In this document: one piece after another, positions 1-10,231 of the stretch
Numbering within the stretch: the first letter of the stretch is position 1
Layout: each line of letters starts with the position of its first letter
Source of the DNA: Isoptericola halotolerans
GTDB lineage: Bacteria; Actinomycetota; Actinomycetes; Actinomycetales; Cellulomonadaceae
Direction of reading: 5' to 3'
DNA length: 64,000 nt
NCBI RefSeq assembly: GCF_013149785.1
Contig: NZ_JABEZU010000001.1
Coordinates: 186,001-250,000, forward strand
Program-made: the position numbers and the translations under genes
The notes under the pieces: generated by a model
Told to the model about the DNA's origin: nothing
What the model saw: only the letters and a program-made list of their open reading frames with translations
The model's database searches: none

Positions 1-283
1 CGGGCGGGTTCTCGGCGAAGACCTCGGTGCCGGGCCGCATCCGCACGCCCGACTCGGGCCGCGACGCGGCGAGGCCGGCGAAGGCCTCGAAGGACCGGGC
101 CGACCACGCGGTGACCCGGTCCTGGGGGAGGGCGAGGTACGGGTACCAGAGGGCCGCGGCGACCGTCGACGTGGTCTCCTGCGGCAGGTCCCGGGCGAGG
201 ACCTCGACGCGGTGCCCGGCCTCCAGCAGCCGGAGCGCGCACGTCAGACCCATCACACCGGCACCGACGACGATCACGTCCAC
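1..283 (-). CDS. FAD-dependent oxidoreductase, D-amino-acid oxidase family (5' part; runs off window)
   Basis: Read by hand from GTG at 283: MDVIVVGAGVMGLTCALRLLEAGHRVEVLARDLPQETTSTVAAALWYP. GxGxxG FAD motif plus the DAO-typical TTSxVAAALW. Not in the ORF track. Confidence 0.8.
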   Translation of the reverse strand, partial: MDVIVVGAGVMGLTCALRLLEAGHRVEVLARDLPQETTSTVAAALWYPYLALPQDRVTAWSARSFEAFAGLAASRPESGVRMRPGTEVFAENPP

Positions 284-315
284 GTCCCGGATTCTGGCAC
301 GGTCGGCGACAGCGA

Positions 316-3300
316 TCACCGTCTCGGCTCTGCCACGAAGCGCGCCGTGGCCTCCGAGGAGGCGAACCCTCCGTCCGGCTCGTAGGTCGCGGTCACCACG
401 TGCTCGCCGGTGCGCGTGACCGGCCGCAGGCGCACCTCTGCCTGGCCGTCGCGCAGGTCCACCGTGCGGGTCTGCGGGCGATGGTCCTTCTCGTGCACGA
501 CCGTGATGGTCACCGAGCCGCTCGGCTCCGCGTCGGAGGCCTTGACCGTCACACGCACCTCCGGCCGCTCCCCACGCTTGACGGTCTTCGGCACGGTGAC
601 GTGCGTCGAGGTCTCGACGAGCGAGCCCGCGGCCACGAGCGCCGCGATCGGCGTGCGGTGCACCCCGCCCTGGTCCGTCCCCGCGTACAGCCATCGCCCG
701 TCGGCGGCCAGGGAGCGCACCGACATCGCGGAGAGACCGGCCGAGGCCGGGGCCCAGGTGGCTCCTTCGTCGAGGGAGACGAACACGCCTGCGCCGTTCG
801 CGGCGAGGCCGTGCGGGCGCCAGCCGCCGGCACCGGCGACGAGCAGCTCCGTCCCCGCCGCGGGACCGTCCGGCACGGTGGCGGCCTCGATCGACGTGAC
901 GGCGGCTGCCTCGAGGCCCTCGCCCTCCGTGAACGACTTCCCGCCGTCCGTGCTGACGCGGGCGCCGGGCTGCTCTCCCACGACGACGTGACGCCCCTCT
1001 GGACCGACCCGCACCGAGAGCGCGTAGTCCTCGGTCAGTCGCGTGATCGTCCTCCCGAGGTCGTCGGAGCGGTAGAGCCCCGACGACGTCGCCAGCCACA
1101 GGCGATCCTTCCGCACCGGGTCCACGGCGATGTCCTGGATGCGCACCTCGTGCGCGTAGCTCGTCCAGGTGGTGAAGCCGTCGGTCGACACCATGAGGCC
1201 GGTGTCGACCTGGGAGGTGTACCCGACGGCGACCGTGCGCTCGGCATGCGGGCTGAGTGCCAGTGCTGTCGGCGCCCAGCCGCCGGTCGGGCCGATCTCG
1301 CGCAGCCCGGCATCGCCCTCGTCGGCACCTCCGACGACGAGGCGCGCCTGCCCCTGCGCCGTCGAACCGGCCGCCCACACGTCCCGGTCGCCGAGCGGCG
1401 ACTGGGCCACCTCGGTGAGTCCGCGTCCGATGATCCCCTCCGCGCCGATGGAGCCCCAGTCGTGGTCGCCGGGATCGATCTCGGCGAGGGAGCGCTCGTG
1501 CAGCCCTTCGGCATCCACGACGCGCAGCAACGGCTCCCCCTCGGCGTCGACGCCGACATCGACACCGTGGACGTCGGTCCCGGAGACCCCGATCTTCGTC
1601 CACTCGTCCCCGTCCGTGGTCGCGTAGAACCCGGCCTGCTCCATCGCCATCACGATCTCGCCCGAGGGGCGCCCCGGCCAGTGGTCGACGTCGACGGGGA
1701 GGGGGCCGAGGACTGGTAGGTCGTGCGTCCGCCACGTCGAGCCGTTGTCGTCGGAGGTGCTGTAGGACGACAGGCCGGCGATGTAGACCGTGCCGTCGGC
1801 GATCTCCATGGCGGTGGTGTGGCCCTGACCGACGTCTCCGCTCTCGGCCCAGGTCAGGCCGCCGTCGGTCGAAGCCAGGACGATGCCGTCGCCGCGGACC
1901 ATCATGGCGGAGGAACCGTCGGCGACGAGTCCTGCCGGGTACTCGTTCCACAGCTCCGGTGCGTAGGTCTGGACGACCTCGCGCCCCCCTGAGCGTGCAT
2001 CGGCGATCCGGTAGACGCCGTCGTCCGTCGCGATCAGGAACGCGTCACCGGCGAAGGCGACGCCCGCGGGCTGACCCGTCCACGAGGACGCGACGTGCCG
2101 CCAGTCCTGCCCGCCGTCCTGGCTCAGGCGAAGACCGTCGCTGCTGAGGGCCGCGAGCGCGTCTCCGTCGGCGACGAGGTCCTGGATCGCGACGTCGGGG
2201 AACGGCAGCACGGTCCACGTCGCACCCGCGTCGGGCGTGTGCACGAGGCGCCCCTGGTAGCTGGGGTCGAGCACGATCGCGCCCGCCGAGCCGTTGAGCG
2301 CCAGGAAGAACCCGCCGGGGACCTGAGTGTCGGCTGCGGGGATGGCCACCCCGTCCGCGACGGGCACGCTGCGCACCCGGTCCCAGGTGACGCCGTAGTC
2401 CTTCGTGACGAACGGGTGCGCGCCGATCGAGGCGACCGCGAGTCCCGTCCCTGGCGCCGTGGGCGACGTGGCCAGCTCTCGGCCCGTCCCGGAGAGGCCC
2501 ACGTGCTCCCACGCCCCCGGCTGCTCGGCGCCCTCGGCCTGCACGCTGCCGGTTCCTGTCACCGTCCGCCCGGCGATCGTCGCCCGGGCGTCGATCGTAT
2601 GGACGCCCGCCTCGTCCAACGGAAGCTCTCCCCGGTACCAGCCCGGGTTCGCGCCGATGGCGGTCAGCGCCGTGGTGTACCGCTCTCCCGAGGGTGCCGT
2701 GGCATGCACGGTCGGGGTCGACTCGGGAGCCATCGGTGCGTGCACGAACACCGAGGTCTCCCCGGTGGCGATCGTCGGGGAGGTCTGCACCTGCAGCGGG
2801 CGCACGTACGACGCGTACGGAACACGCACGGTGGACCCGTCGGACACGGTGCCGACGACGACGCCGGAGGTCTCGGCATCGACGGCACCCACCGTGGGGG
2901 TGACGGTCAGCTCGACCGACGCGTCCCTGCCTGCCGGGATCCGCACGCTCCGTGCGGACAGGGAGACCTCACCCGCGCTGTGCGCGGAAGCCTCCACGGC
3001 GAGCTTCACCCGCACGGCCTGCGAACCCGCGTTGTGCAGCACGATCGTGCGGGTCCGCGCCGGGTCGGAGCCCATGTCGGCCAGTCCCAGCGACACCGCG
3101 TCCGGCGACGCCGTGACCTTCTGTCCGACCGCGGCGGCGACGTCGAGGGTTCCCGCTCCCTGCACGGAGGGCGAGGCGTCGCGGTCACGAGAGCCCAGCT
3201 CTCGAGCACTCCCGATCAGGGCGGAACGCAGCCGCGGACCGCTCTGTCGCGGGTGCGCCTGCACGAGGAGGGCGGCCGCCCCTGCCACGTGCGGTGCGGC

Positions 3301-4992
3301 CATCGACGTGCCCGACATCCGGTACTGGTCGCCCTCGACGCCGAACGATGCCGGGATGCTCGACATGATCTCGAAGCCCGGTGCGACGATCTCCGGCTTG
3401 AGGGTCGTCGCGTCGCTCGGGCCTCGCGAGCTGAACGACGCGATCTCGTCCGTGCGGTCCGTCGAGCCGACCTTCCCCGTGGCCCGACCGGCGAGCACCT
3501 GCTCCTTGACCGTCTGGTACTGCGCGGAGGAGATGCTCATCATGACCAGGCTCGCGCGGCGCAGGTCGTACCCGTCGGCTCGCAGGATCCGGACCGGACC
3601 GGGCATCGGCCCGTCGACGGGGTCGGAGCGAGGGTCGGTCGGGCTCGGCTCGTACAGCAGCGCACCGACGGCGCCGTGCTTCTCGGCGAGCTCGGCCTGC
3701 ACCAGGTGCCAGTCCTGCACCTGCTCCAGCGAGGAGGCGTTCCGGCTCTCCATGACGACGATCGCACCGCGGACGTCCCCCGCCTGTGCGTAGTCCTCGT
3801 CGCTGAGGCCCTGGCCGACGTCGACCAGACGCGCGGTGAGATCCCGCTGGGGAGGGTTCGCCGACAGCGGGAAGCGCTCGACGTCCAGCGGGACGTGCTT
3901 CGACGCGGCCTCGCCCTGCACGTCCTTCGGGGCGTCCTTGCCCTTCGGCCGGACCAGGCTCAGCGTCGGGTCGATCACACCGGTGATACCGGCGCCGACG
4001 GCGAGCACGCCCTCCGCCGCCGCCGGTGAGCTGACGCTCTGGTCGCCCGGTCCGCTGTTGCCCGCCGCGGCCACGACCACGACGCCCTGCTGGGCGGCGG
4101 CCGTCGATGCTCGGCCGATGGGGTCCGTGCCGTCCCCGGCGGTGCCCAGGCTCATGTTGACGACGTCGGCGGGGTGGTCCCCGAGGGGGTCCGTCGCGGC
4201 CTCCAGCGCGAGGAGCAGGCCTGCGGTGGTGCCGCCGCCTCTCGCGTCCAGCGCCTTCCATGCGGTCAGCGTCACCTCCGGAGCCATCCCGGTGAGGTGC
4301 GACCCGCCTGCGCCGACGATCCCGGCGACGTGCGTGCCGTGCGAGTGATCGTCCATCGGGTCCGCGTCGTCGTTGACGAAGTCGTACCCGTCGACGACGC
4401 GATGGCCCGGGCCGAACCCGCCGCCGAGGTCGGGCAGCGTGTAGTCGATGCCGGTGTCGATGACGGCGACCGTCGCACCGCTGCCCTTCACCGGGAGGCC
4501 GGCGCCGTCGGTGCGTTCCCACACCCGCGGCGCGTTCGTGCTCGGGATGCTCGTCTCACCGAGAAGCTGCACGGGTGCCTCCTCGGTGACACGTGCCACA
4601 CCGGGCGTCGCGCGCAGGCCCTCGAGATCTGCGACGTCCACGGTCGTGACCAGGGCGTCGAGAAGACCGGTGACCGACGTCGACTCGGCGAGCGTGATGC
4701 CCGCGCCGTCGAGCCGCGCGAGGACAGCCTCCTGCGCGTCCGCGACGGCTGTGACGGCGTCCTCGTAGTCGGAGGCGAACGCGCTCCGCGCGCCCGGCTC
4801 CGACGCACGTGCGGTGGCCATGTCCTCGGGCCCGATCAGCTCACCTGCGCTGGGGCCGTCGAACTCGATGATGACGCGGACGTCGTCACCCTCGTCGTCG
4901 GCGGCGGCGGCCGGGGGGACGATCATGGCGGTCGCGACGAACGCGCCGGTCAGGAGTGCGACCGCGCGTCGCAGAGGAGGCTGAAGGTGCAT
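316..4992 (-). CDS. Secreted S8 (subtilisin-like) serine peptidase with PA domain, BNR/Asp-box repeats and C-terminal Ig-like domain
   Basis: Signal peptide (..PAAAA-DD). Catalytic motifs VAVIDTGID, HGTHVAGI and SGTSMAAPHVAG. Repeated SxDxGxTW Asp-boxes. Start at ATG 4992 (ORF open to 5064). Confidence 0.9.
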   Translation of the reverse strand: MHLQPPLRRAVALLTGAFVATAMIVPPAAAADDEGDDVRVIIEFDGPSAGELIGPEDMATARASEPGARSAFASDYEDAVTAVADAQEAVLARLDGAGITLAESTSVTGLLDALVTTVDVADLEGLRATPGVARVTEEAPVQLLGETSIPSTNAPRVWERTDGAGLPVKGSGATVAVIDTGIDYTLPDLGGGFGPGHRVVDGYDFVNDDADPMDDHSHGTHVAGIVGAGGSHLTGMAPEVTLTAWKALDARGGGTTAGLLLALEAATDPLGDHPADVVNMSLGTAGDGTDPIGRASTAAAQQGVVVVAAAGNSGPGDQSVSSPAAAEGVLAVGAGITGVIDPTLSLVRPKGKDAPKDVQGEAASKHVPLDVERFPLSANPPQRDLTARLVDVGQGLSDEDYAQAGDVRGAIVVMESRNASSLEQVQDWHLVQAELAEKHGAVGALLYEPSPTDPRSDPVDGPMPGPVRILRADGYDLRRASLVMMSISSAQYQTVKEQVLAGRATGKVGSTDRTDEIASFSSRGPSDATTLKPEIVAPGFEIMSSIPASFGVEGDQYRMSGTSMAAPHVAGAAALLVQAHPRQSGPRLRSALIGSARELGSRDRDASPSVQGAGTLDVAAAVGQKVTASPDAVSLGLADMGSDPARTRTIVLHNAGSQAVRVKLAVEASAHSAGEVSLSARSVRIPAGRDASVELTVTPTVGAVDAETSGVVVGTVSDGSTVRVPYASYVRPLQVQTSPTIATGETSVFVHAPMAPESTPTVHATAPSGERYTTALTAIGANPGWYRGELPLDEAGVHTIDARATIAGRTVTGTGSVQAEGAEQPGAWEHVGLSGTGRELATSPTAPGTGLAVASIGAHPFVTKDYGVTWDRVRSVPVADGVAIPAADTQVPGGFFLALNGSAGAIVLDPSYQGRLVHTPDAGATWTVLPFPDVAIQDLVADGDALAALSSDGLRLSQDGGQDWRHVASSWTGQPAGVAFAGDAFLIATDDGVYRIADARSGGREVVQTYAPELWNEYPAGLVADGSSAMMVRGDGIVLASTDGGLTWAESGDVGQGHTTAMEIADGTVYIAGLSSYSTSDDNGSTWRTHDLPVLGPLPVDVDHWPGRPSGEIVMAMEQAGFYATTDGDEWTKIGVSGTDVHGVDVGVDAEGEPLLRVVDAEGLHERSLAEIDPGDHDWGSIGAEGIIGRGLTEVAQSPLGDRDVWAAGSTAQGQARLVVGGADEGDAGLREIGPTGGWAPTALALSPHAERTVAVGYTSQVDTGLMVSTDGFTTWTSYAHEVRIQDIAVDPVRKDRLWLATSSGLYRSDDLGRTITRLTEDYALSVRVGPEGRHVVVGEQPGARVSTDGGKSFTEGEGLEAAAVTSIEAATVPDGPAAGTELLVAGAGGWRPHGLAANGAGVFVSLDEGATWAPASAGLSAMSVRSLAADGRWLYAGTDQGGVHRTPIAALVAAGSLVETSTHVTVPKTVKRGERPEVRVTVKASDAEPSGSVTITVVHEKDHRPQTRTVDLRDGQAEVRLRPVTRTGEHVVTATYEPDGGFASSEATARFVAEPRR

Positions 4993-5037
4993 GGGGAGGT
5001 GTCTATCCGCCGGATTCTGGCGCCGCAACGCCCCAGA

Positions 5038-5070
5038 GCGCCGATACCGGCCACTGGCCGACACCGGCCA
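5038..5070. promoter_or_regulatory. Tandem palindromic operator-like sites upstream of the S8 protease
   Basis: TGGCCG-ACAC-CGGCCA (5055-5070) is a perfect inverted repeat. An imperfect copy GCGCCG-ATAC-CGGCCA lies 17 bp away (5038-5053). Confidence 0.5.
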
Positions 5071-5123
5071 CGAACGTTTACACGGCCGTCATCGGAGACC
5101 CGGTCCCGACGCGGGGGACGCCG

Positions 5124-6140
5124 TCAGATCCAGCCCCGCCGGGAGGCCTGCACGCCCGCCTGGAACCTGCTGCTCGCTCCCAGCCGCCGGAGGAGGTCGG
5201 AGGTGCGGCGCCGCAGGGTGCGGTCGGCGATGCCGAGCTCTCGCGCGATGGTCTCGTCCTTCGCTCCCGAGGCGAGCAGGGCGAGGAACACGAGGTCGTC
5301 GCGGGTCGGACCGCGACGGGGTGGCGCGGCGTCGTCGAGATCGTCGGACGTCGCCGGGATCTCGACGGCCTCGTCCCACACGGCCTCGAAGGCGGTGCAC
5401 AGCACGTCGACGAGCGCGCGGTCCTCGATCACCAGGGCCGTCGGACGCCGGGGGTCGAGCGTGGGGCTGACCAGGGCGATACGGCGGTCGGCGATGGCGA
5501 GCTTGGTGGGCACGGTCCGGGCGATGCGGGCGCGCTCGCCCTGGGCCATGGCGTGCCGCATCTCGGTCCAGGCGCCGGGCCGTTCGAGTGCTTCGGTGGC
5601 ATAGACGACGCGCCACACGACGCCGCGCGCCAGCACGTGAGGCTCCACAGGGTTCTCCTCGGCCAACACGTAGGGAGGGCGGTCGAACTGAAGGAACTCG
5701 CCGGTCACCTCGTGCTGGAGGCGCGTGTACCAGGCCCCGACGGGCGCCGCCCCCTGCACCACACGCACCTTCGCCGTCGGCACCGGAGCGCTCTCGGCCT
5801 GCTCGTACACCTCGGCGAGCTGGGGGATCGCCGAACGGACCCTGTCCAGGCGCGACGCCGTCCGGTCTGCCAGCGTCCGCACTGCCGTCCGCGGGTCGAC
5901 CGCGGTGTACTGGTCTCCCGTCCGCGACCGACTGACCAGGCCCGCGGCACGCAGACGTTCGAGCGTCAGCAGGCTGTCCTCGCCCCCATGAGCGAGGTCG
6001 TTCGCGACATCGACGGGCCGGACCGTCCCCTTCGACAGCACGTAGCGGTAGGCGAGCTGCGCCGTCGTGTCGAGCCCCACGACGTCGAAGGCCGAGTCGA
6101 GCTGAGGCACGTCAGGATCCAGCACGGAGCAGACCTCCAC
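5124..6140 (-). CDS. TrmB-type HTH / LuxR C-terminal transcriptional regulator
   Basis: N-terminal wHTH, central KLAIADRRIALV segment, C-terminal LASGAKDETIARELGIADRTLRRR...RFQAG. Confidence 0.85.
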   Translation of the reverse strand: MEVCSVLDPDVPQLDSAFDVVGLDTTAQLAYRYVLSKGTVRPVDVANDLAHGGEDSLLTLERLRAAGLVSRSRTGDQYTAVDPRTAVRTLADRTASRLDRVRSAIPQLAEVYEQAESAPVPTAKVRVVQGAAPVGAWYTRLQHEVTGEFLQFDRPPYVLAEENPVEPHVLARGVVWRVVYATEALERPGAWTEMRHAMAQGERARIARTVPTKLAIADRRIALVSPTLDPRRPTALVIEDRALVDVLCTAFEAVWDEAVEIPATSDDLDDAAPPRRGPTRDDLVFLALLASGAKDETIARELGIADRTLRRRTSDLLRRLGASSRFQAGVQASRRGWI

Positions 6141-6300
6141 GTCGAGCAGTCACGAGGCATCGCGAACAGTACTCTGACGATCTGCCGCGCGATGAGCCGT
6201 GAGTTCGCCGGGGCGGTCACCACGTTCCGGCCGAGTTGACCGTGTGGTCGGCACACACCCTTGGATCGGGTCGAGCACCACTGCCGAACGGAGCGCCACC

Positions 6301-7392
6301 ATGACTGTTCCCGCACCCGAGACTGCTGAGCGGCCCGTGAAGCGCCGGCGCAGGTGGCCGTGGATCCTCGGCGGTGCCACGGCGTTCCTCGCGATCGCTG
6401 CCGTCGTCCTCACGCTCGTGTTCCAGTTCGGGCTGCCCTGGTGGAAGGGCGAGGGTGATCATCACCACGTCCACGTGTCCGCGGACGGCGCCCGCCAGCA
6501 CTACCAGGTCCACCTCCCCCCGCAGCACGACGGGTCCACGGCGCTGCCGGTGATGATGGCGGTGCACGGCTGCGGCATGACCGGGTTCGGCTGGAACTCG
6601 ATGAAGGCGTCGACGCAGTTCAACACCCTCGCAGACCGGGAGGGGTTCATCGTCGTCTACCCCACCCAGCGCCCCTTCCAGAGCAGCATCAACTGCTGGA
6701 ACTCCGCGGACCCGCAGAACCAGGTCCGCGGAGCGGGCGAGCCGGCGCTCCTGGCCGGCGTGGCACGCGAGGTCGTCGAGAACTACGGTGCCGACGCTGA
6801 TCGTGTCCATGTCGCGGGCGCCTCCTCGGGCGCCGGCACCGCGGTGATCCTCGGCGCGACCTACCCGGACGTCTTCGCGACCGTCACCTCGGTCGCCGGG
6901 GGCGAGTACGGCCTGAACCAGGTCGACCCGGACGACCCGGACGCCACGCCGCCGACCGCCACCGCACGTCAGGCGTGGGAGCAGATGGGCGACCGCGCGC
7001 GGCCGGTTCCCCTGTTGATCGTGCAGGGCGGTCAGGACGAGGTCGTGCCGCCGGTCGTCGGGGAGAGGCTGGTGGAGCACTGGAGCGCGGTGCTCGACCT
7101 CGTCGACGACGGGTCGCTCAACGACAGCCTGGGTCTCGTCGCCGAGACCGTCGTGCACGAGCCGACAGGCCAGCGGTACGGCTACGAGCAGACGACGTTC
7201 CGGACGCCCGCGGGCGCGACCCTCATCGAGTACGTCTTCGCGGCCGAGCTGGCGCACGCCTGGTCGAACCCCCAGAGCGAGGGGATCTTCACGGACGTCG
7301 CGGGCCCGGACGCCTCGGAGATCGCCTGGGCGTTCGCACAGCTCCACGACGCTGCGGCCGCGTCGGGCACCGGTGCGGGACCTGCAGGCTGA
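6301..7392 (+). CDS. PHB depolymerase-family / LpqC-like alpha-beta hydrolase esterase with N-terminal membrane anchor
   Basis: VHGC oxyanion region, LADREGFIVVYP, CWN, nucleophile elbow GASSG, HAW; N-terminal TM helix. Confidence 0.8.
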   Translation: MTVPAPETAERPVKRRRRWPWILGGATAFLAIAAVVLTLVFQFGLPWWKGEGDHHHVHVSADGARQHYQVHLPPQHDGSTALPVMMAVHGCGMTGFGWNSMKASTQFNTLADREGFIVVYPTQRPFQSSINCWNSADPQNQVRGAGEPALLAGVAREVVENYGADADRVHVAGASSGAGTAVILGATYPDVFATVTSVAGGEYGLNQVDPDDPDATPPTATARQAWEQMGDRARPVPLLIVQGGQDEVVPPVVGERLVEHWSAVLDLVDDGSLNDSLGLVAETVVHEPTGQRYGYEQTTFRTPAGATLIEYVFAAELAHAWSNPQSEGIFTDVAGPDASEIAWAFAQLHDAAAASGTGAGPAG

Positions 7393-7422
7393 CGCCGACG
7401 GCCGTCGAGAGGGCGTGCCTCC

Positions 7423-9021
7423 TCAGAACGCCCAGACGAGCGGTACGTACAGCACCGCGAAGGCGATGAAGACGAGGGCGAGCGGCAGGCCGAGGCGCCA
7501 GTAGTCCCCGAACCGGTACCCGCCCGGCTGCAGCACCATGAGGTTGACGGGTGTCGCGATCGGGGTGAGGAAGGACGCGGCGCCCACCACGGCGAGCGCC
7601 ATCATGAACGGCTGCACGCTGACCTCGAGCGTCTGGGCGAAGGTCACCGCGATCGGCGCCATCACGAGCACCGTCGCGACGTTCGAGATGAACTGACCGA
7701 GGACGACCGCGAGCACGCACACCACGAGGAGCGCGAGGTGCGGGGAACCGCTGCCCGTGAGGCGCAGGACGACGGCGGCGATGGCGTCGGCCGCACCGGA
7801 GGACACGAACGCCGCCGACAGCGGGATGAGTGCACCGATGAGGACGACGGTGTTCCACGAGATCGCGCGGAACCCCTGAGGCACCGTGATCACTCCCAGG
7901 ACGACGAGCGCCGCGGCCGCGAGCAGCCCCGTGATCACCGGGGGCACGGCGCCGGTCGCCAGCAGCACGATGGCGACGACCAGTACCGCGAGGCAGCGTC
8001 GCCAGCCTCGTCCCAGCGGCACGCCCCGCTGCAGGGTCTGCGACGGTTCGACGGCGATGACGTCGGGCGACTGCGTGTAGCGGTGCAGCGCGTGCCACGG
8101 GCCGCGCACCAGGACGGCATCACCGGGCAGCAGGCTGAGTGCGCCCGACGGCGTGGTCGCACCAGGATCGGTCGACGGGCTGCCACGGCGGAGGGCGACC
8201 ACCACGAGGTTCTCGTCCCGCGTGGTCATGCCGGGGCACACTGTGCGCCCGATCAGCGTCGAGCGCGGGGCGACGAGGACCTCGACGACCCCTTCCGCGC
8301 CGTTGAACAGCCGCCCCGCGTCGAGGTCGGCCGCATAGCTCTCCTGCCAGGACCGGACTCGTTCGCGGGGGTCGGCCGCGGTGTCCGCGAGACGTTCGGG
8401 CGCACGGTCGGGCAGCAGGCGGTCGCCGAGCGTCACCACGAGGAGCGTCGTGACCAGGACGATCGGGAGACCCACCAGGGCGAACTCGAAGTAGCCGAAC
8501 TCGCGGCCGCCGGCGCCGGCGGCGACGTCCGAGACGATGATGTTCACCGGTGTGCCGGTCAGGGTCAGCAGCGATCCGGCGCTCGCGGCGAAAGCCAACG
8601 GGATGAGCATGCGTGAGGGGACGATCCCTGCCCGGGCGGCTGCGACGACGACGACGGGAAGGAGCGCCGCGACCGCACCGTTGATGCTGATCACCGCCGA
8701 GAGCGCTGCGGCCGCGCCCATCACCGCCGTGAGCAGGCCGGCGCGGCCCAGCGACGAGCGGCGCTCGAGCTGTTTCCCGATCCACGCGGTGATCCCGGTG
8801 GCGTCGAGCGCGTCGCTGAGGACGAAGAGCGACGCGATGAACAGGACGATCGGGTCGCTGAAGCCGTCCAGGGCTTCACCGAGCGTGAGCACTCCCGTCG
8901 CCCACAGGGCGACGGGCACGAACAGGGCGACCACCACGAGGGGCACCCGGTTGGTCACGAAACCCACCACCGCCAGTGACAGGATCACGAACGTCGCGAC
9001 CATCGGATCGATCATGGGCAC
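7423..9021 (-). CDS. SLC13/DASS family permease with TrkA-C domain
   Basis: Multi-TM; GSLLTLTGTPVNIIV; ASFLTPIATPVNLMV..PGGYRFGDYWRLG. Confidence 0.85.
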   Translation of the reverse strand: MPMIDPMVATFVILSLAVVGFVTNRVPLVVVALFVPVALWATGVLTLGEALDGFSDPIVLFIASLFVLSDALDATGITAWIGKQLERRSSLGRAGLLTAVMGAAAALSAVISINGAVAALLPVVVVAAARAGIVPSRMLIPLAFAASAGSLLTLTGTPVNIIVSDVAAGAGGREFGYFEFALVGLPIVLVTTLLVVTLGDRLLPDRAPERLADTAADPRERVRSWQESYAADLDAGRLFNGAEGVVEVLVAPRSTLIGRTVCPGMTTRDENLVVVALRRGSPSTDPGATTPSGALSLLPGDAVLVRGPWHALHRYTQSPDVIAVEPSQTLQRGVPLGRGWRRCLAVLVVAIVLLATGAVPPVITGLLAAAALVVLGVITVPQGFRAISWNTVVLIGALIPLSAAFVSSGAADAIAAVVLRLTGSGSPHLALLVVCVLAVVLGQFISNVATVLVMAPIAVTFAQTLEVSVQPFMMALAVVGAASFLTPIATPVNLMVLQPGGYRFGDYWRLGLPLALVFIAFAVLYVPLVWAF

Positions 9022-9055
9022 TCCTTCGGAGGGTCGTGCGACGGTGGCCGGGCGT

Positions 9056-10207
9056 TCACGGGTGGACGGCGGTCGGACGGAGATGTCTGCTCAGCGCGCG
9101 GACGGCGTCGCGGCCTGCGCGGTTCGCCCCGATGGTGGACTGCGACGGGCCGATCCCGACGAGGTGTACCCGGGGCTCGGCGGCGACCTGCGTGCCGCGC
9201 ATCGCGATCCCACCGCGATCGTTGCGCAGATCCAGCGGGTCGATGTGCCCCAGGGCCGCCCGGAACCCGGTCGCCCAGAGGATCGTGTCGACGGGGGTGA
9301 GCGTACCGTCCGCCTCGCGGACTCCCCGGGGCTCGATCCTGGTGAACATCGGCCGTCGGACGAGGGCGCCACGCTCCTTCGCGGCGAGCGCGTAGGGAGT
9401 CCAGATGAGGTGCGTGTAGGAGACGACGCTGCGCGAGGGGTTCCCGGCCTCGGCGTCGGCGGTGACCCGGGCGATCACGTCGCGCCCTTCGACCTCCGGC
9501 GTGAAGTCACCGTCGCGGAAGACCGGTTCTCGTCGCGTGTACCAGAACACCTCGGCGCCGCGGGAGATCTCCTCGAGCTGCTGGACCGCCGAGATCCCGC
9601 CGCCGACGATCGCGACCCGCTGCCCGGCGAGCTCTTCCGCCGTGGTGTAGTCACGGGTGTGGAGCTGGCGTCCGGCGAACGACTCCTGACCGGGGACGAC
9701 GGGGACGAGCGGGTTCGTCCAGGTCCCCGTGGCGTTGATGACCGCTCGAGCCGCCCAGGTGCCGCTGTCCGAGTCGACCAGGAGGTCGCCCTCGGGGTCG
9801 TCGTCGGCGCGTGCCACCGAGGCGACGACGGTGGGTCGCACGATCGGCAGCTGCATCCGGTCCTCGAACGCCGCGAAGTAGGCGGGGACCGCCTGCCGCG
9901 CGGGTGCCTCCGCGTCGGCAGGCGGTCGGCGGAACCCCGGCAGGTCGAAGATGCCGTTGACCGTCGCCATCGTGAGCGAGTCCCACCGGTGCAGCCAGGC
10001 CCCGCCGGGCCTGTCCTCGGCGTCGAGCACCACGAAGCTGCGCTCGGCCGAGGGATCGGTGAGCGCGCTGGAGAACCCACGTCGGGTCAGGTGGTACGCG
10101 GCCGAGAGCCCCGCCTGTCCCGCGCCGATCACGACGACGGTCGCGCGACGGACGGGGCTCTGTTCGGCGGACGGGCTCTTCTCGAGACCGTCGATGTCGA
10201 GACGCAT
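9056..10207 (-). CDS. FAD/NAD(P)-dependent oxidoreductase (flavin-containing monooxygenase-like)
   Basis: VVIGAGQAGL, PGGAW..RWDSL, ATG, second GGGISA dinucleotide motif, ILWATGFR. Confidence 0.85.
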   Translation of the reverse strand: MRLDIDGLEKSPSAEQSPVRRATVVVIGAGQAGLSAAYHLTRRGFSSALTDPSAERSFVVLDAEDRPGGAWLHRWDSLTMATVNGIFDLPGFRRPPADAEAPARQAVPAYFAAFEDRMQLPIVRPTVVASVARADDDPEGDLLVDSDSGTWAARAVINATGTWTNPLVPVVPGQESFAGRQLHTRDYTTAEELAGQRVAIVGGGISAVQQLEEISRGAEVFWYTRREPVFRDGDFTPEVEGRDVIARVTADAEAGNPSRSVVSYTHLIWTPYALAAKERGALVRRPMFTRIEPRGVREADGTLTPVDTILWATGFRAALGHIDPLDLRNDRGGIAMRGTQVAAEPRVHLVGIGPSQSTIGANRAGRDAVRALSRHLRPTAVHP

Positions 10208-10231
10208 GCGGATGACCTCTCGTCCGGCTCG

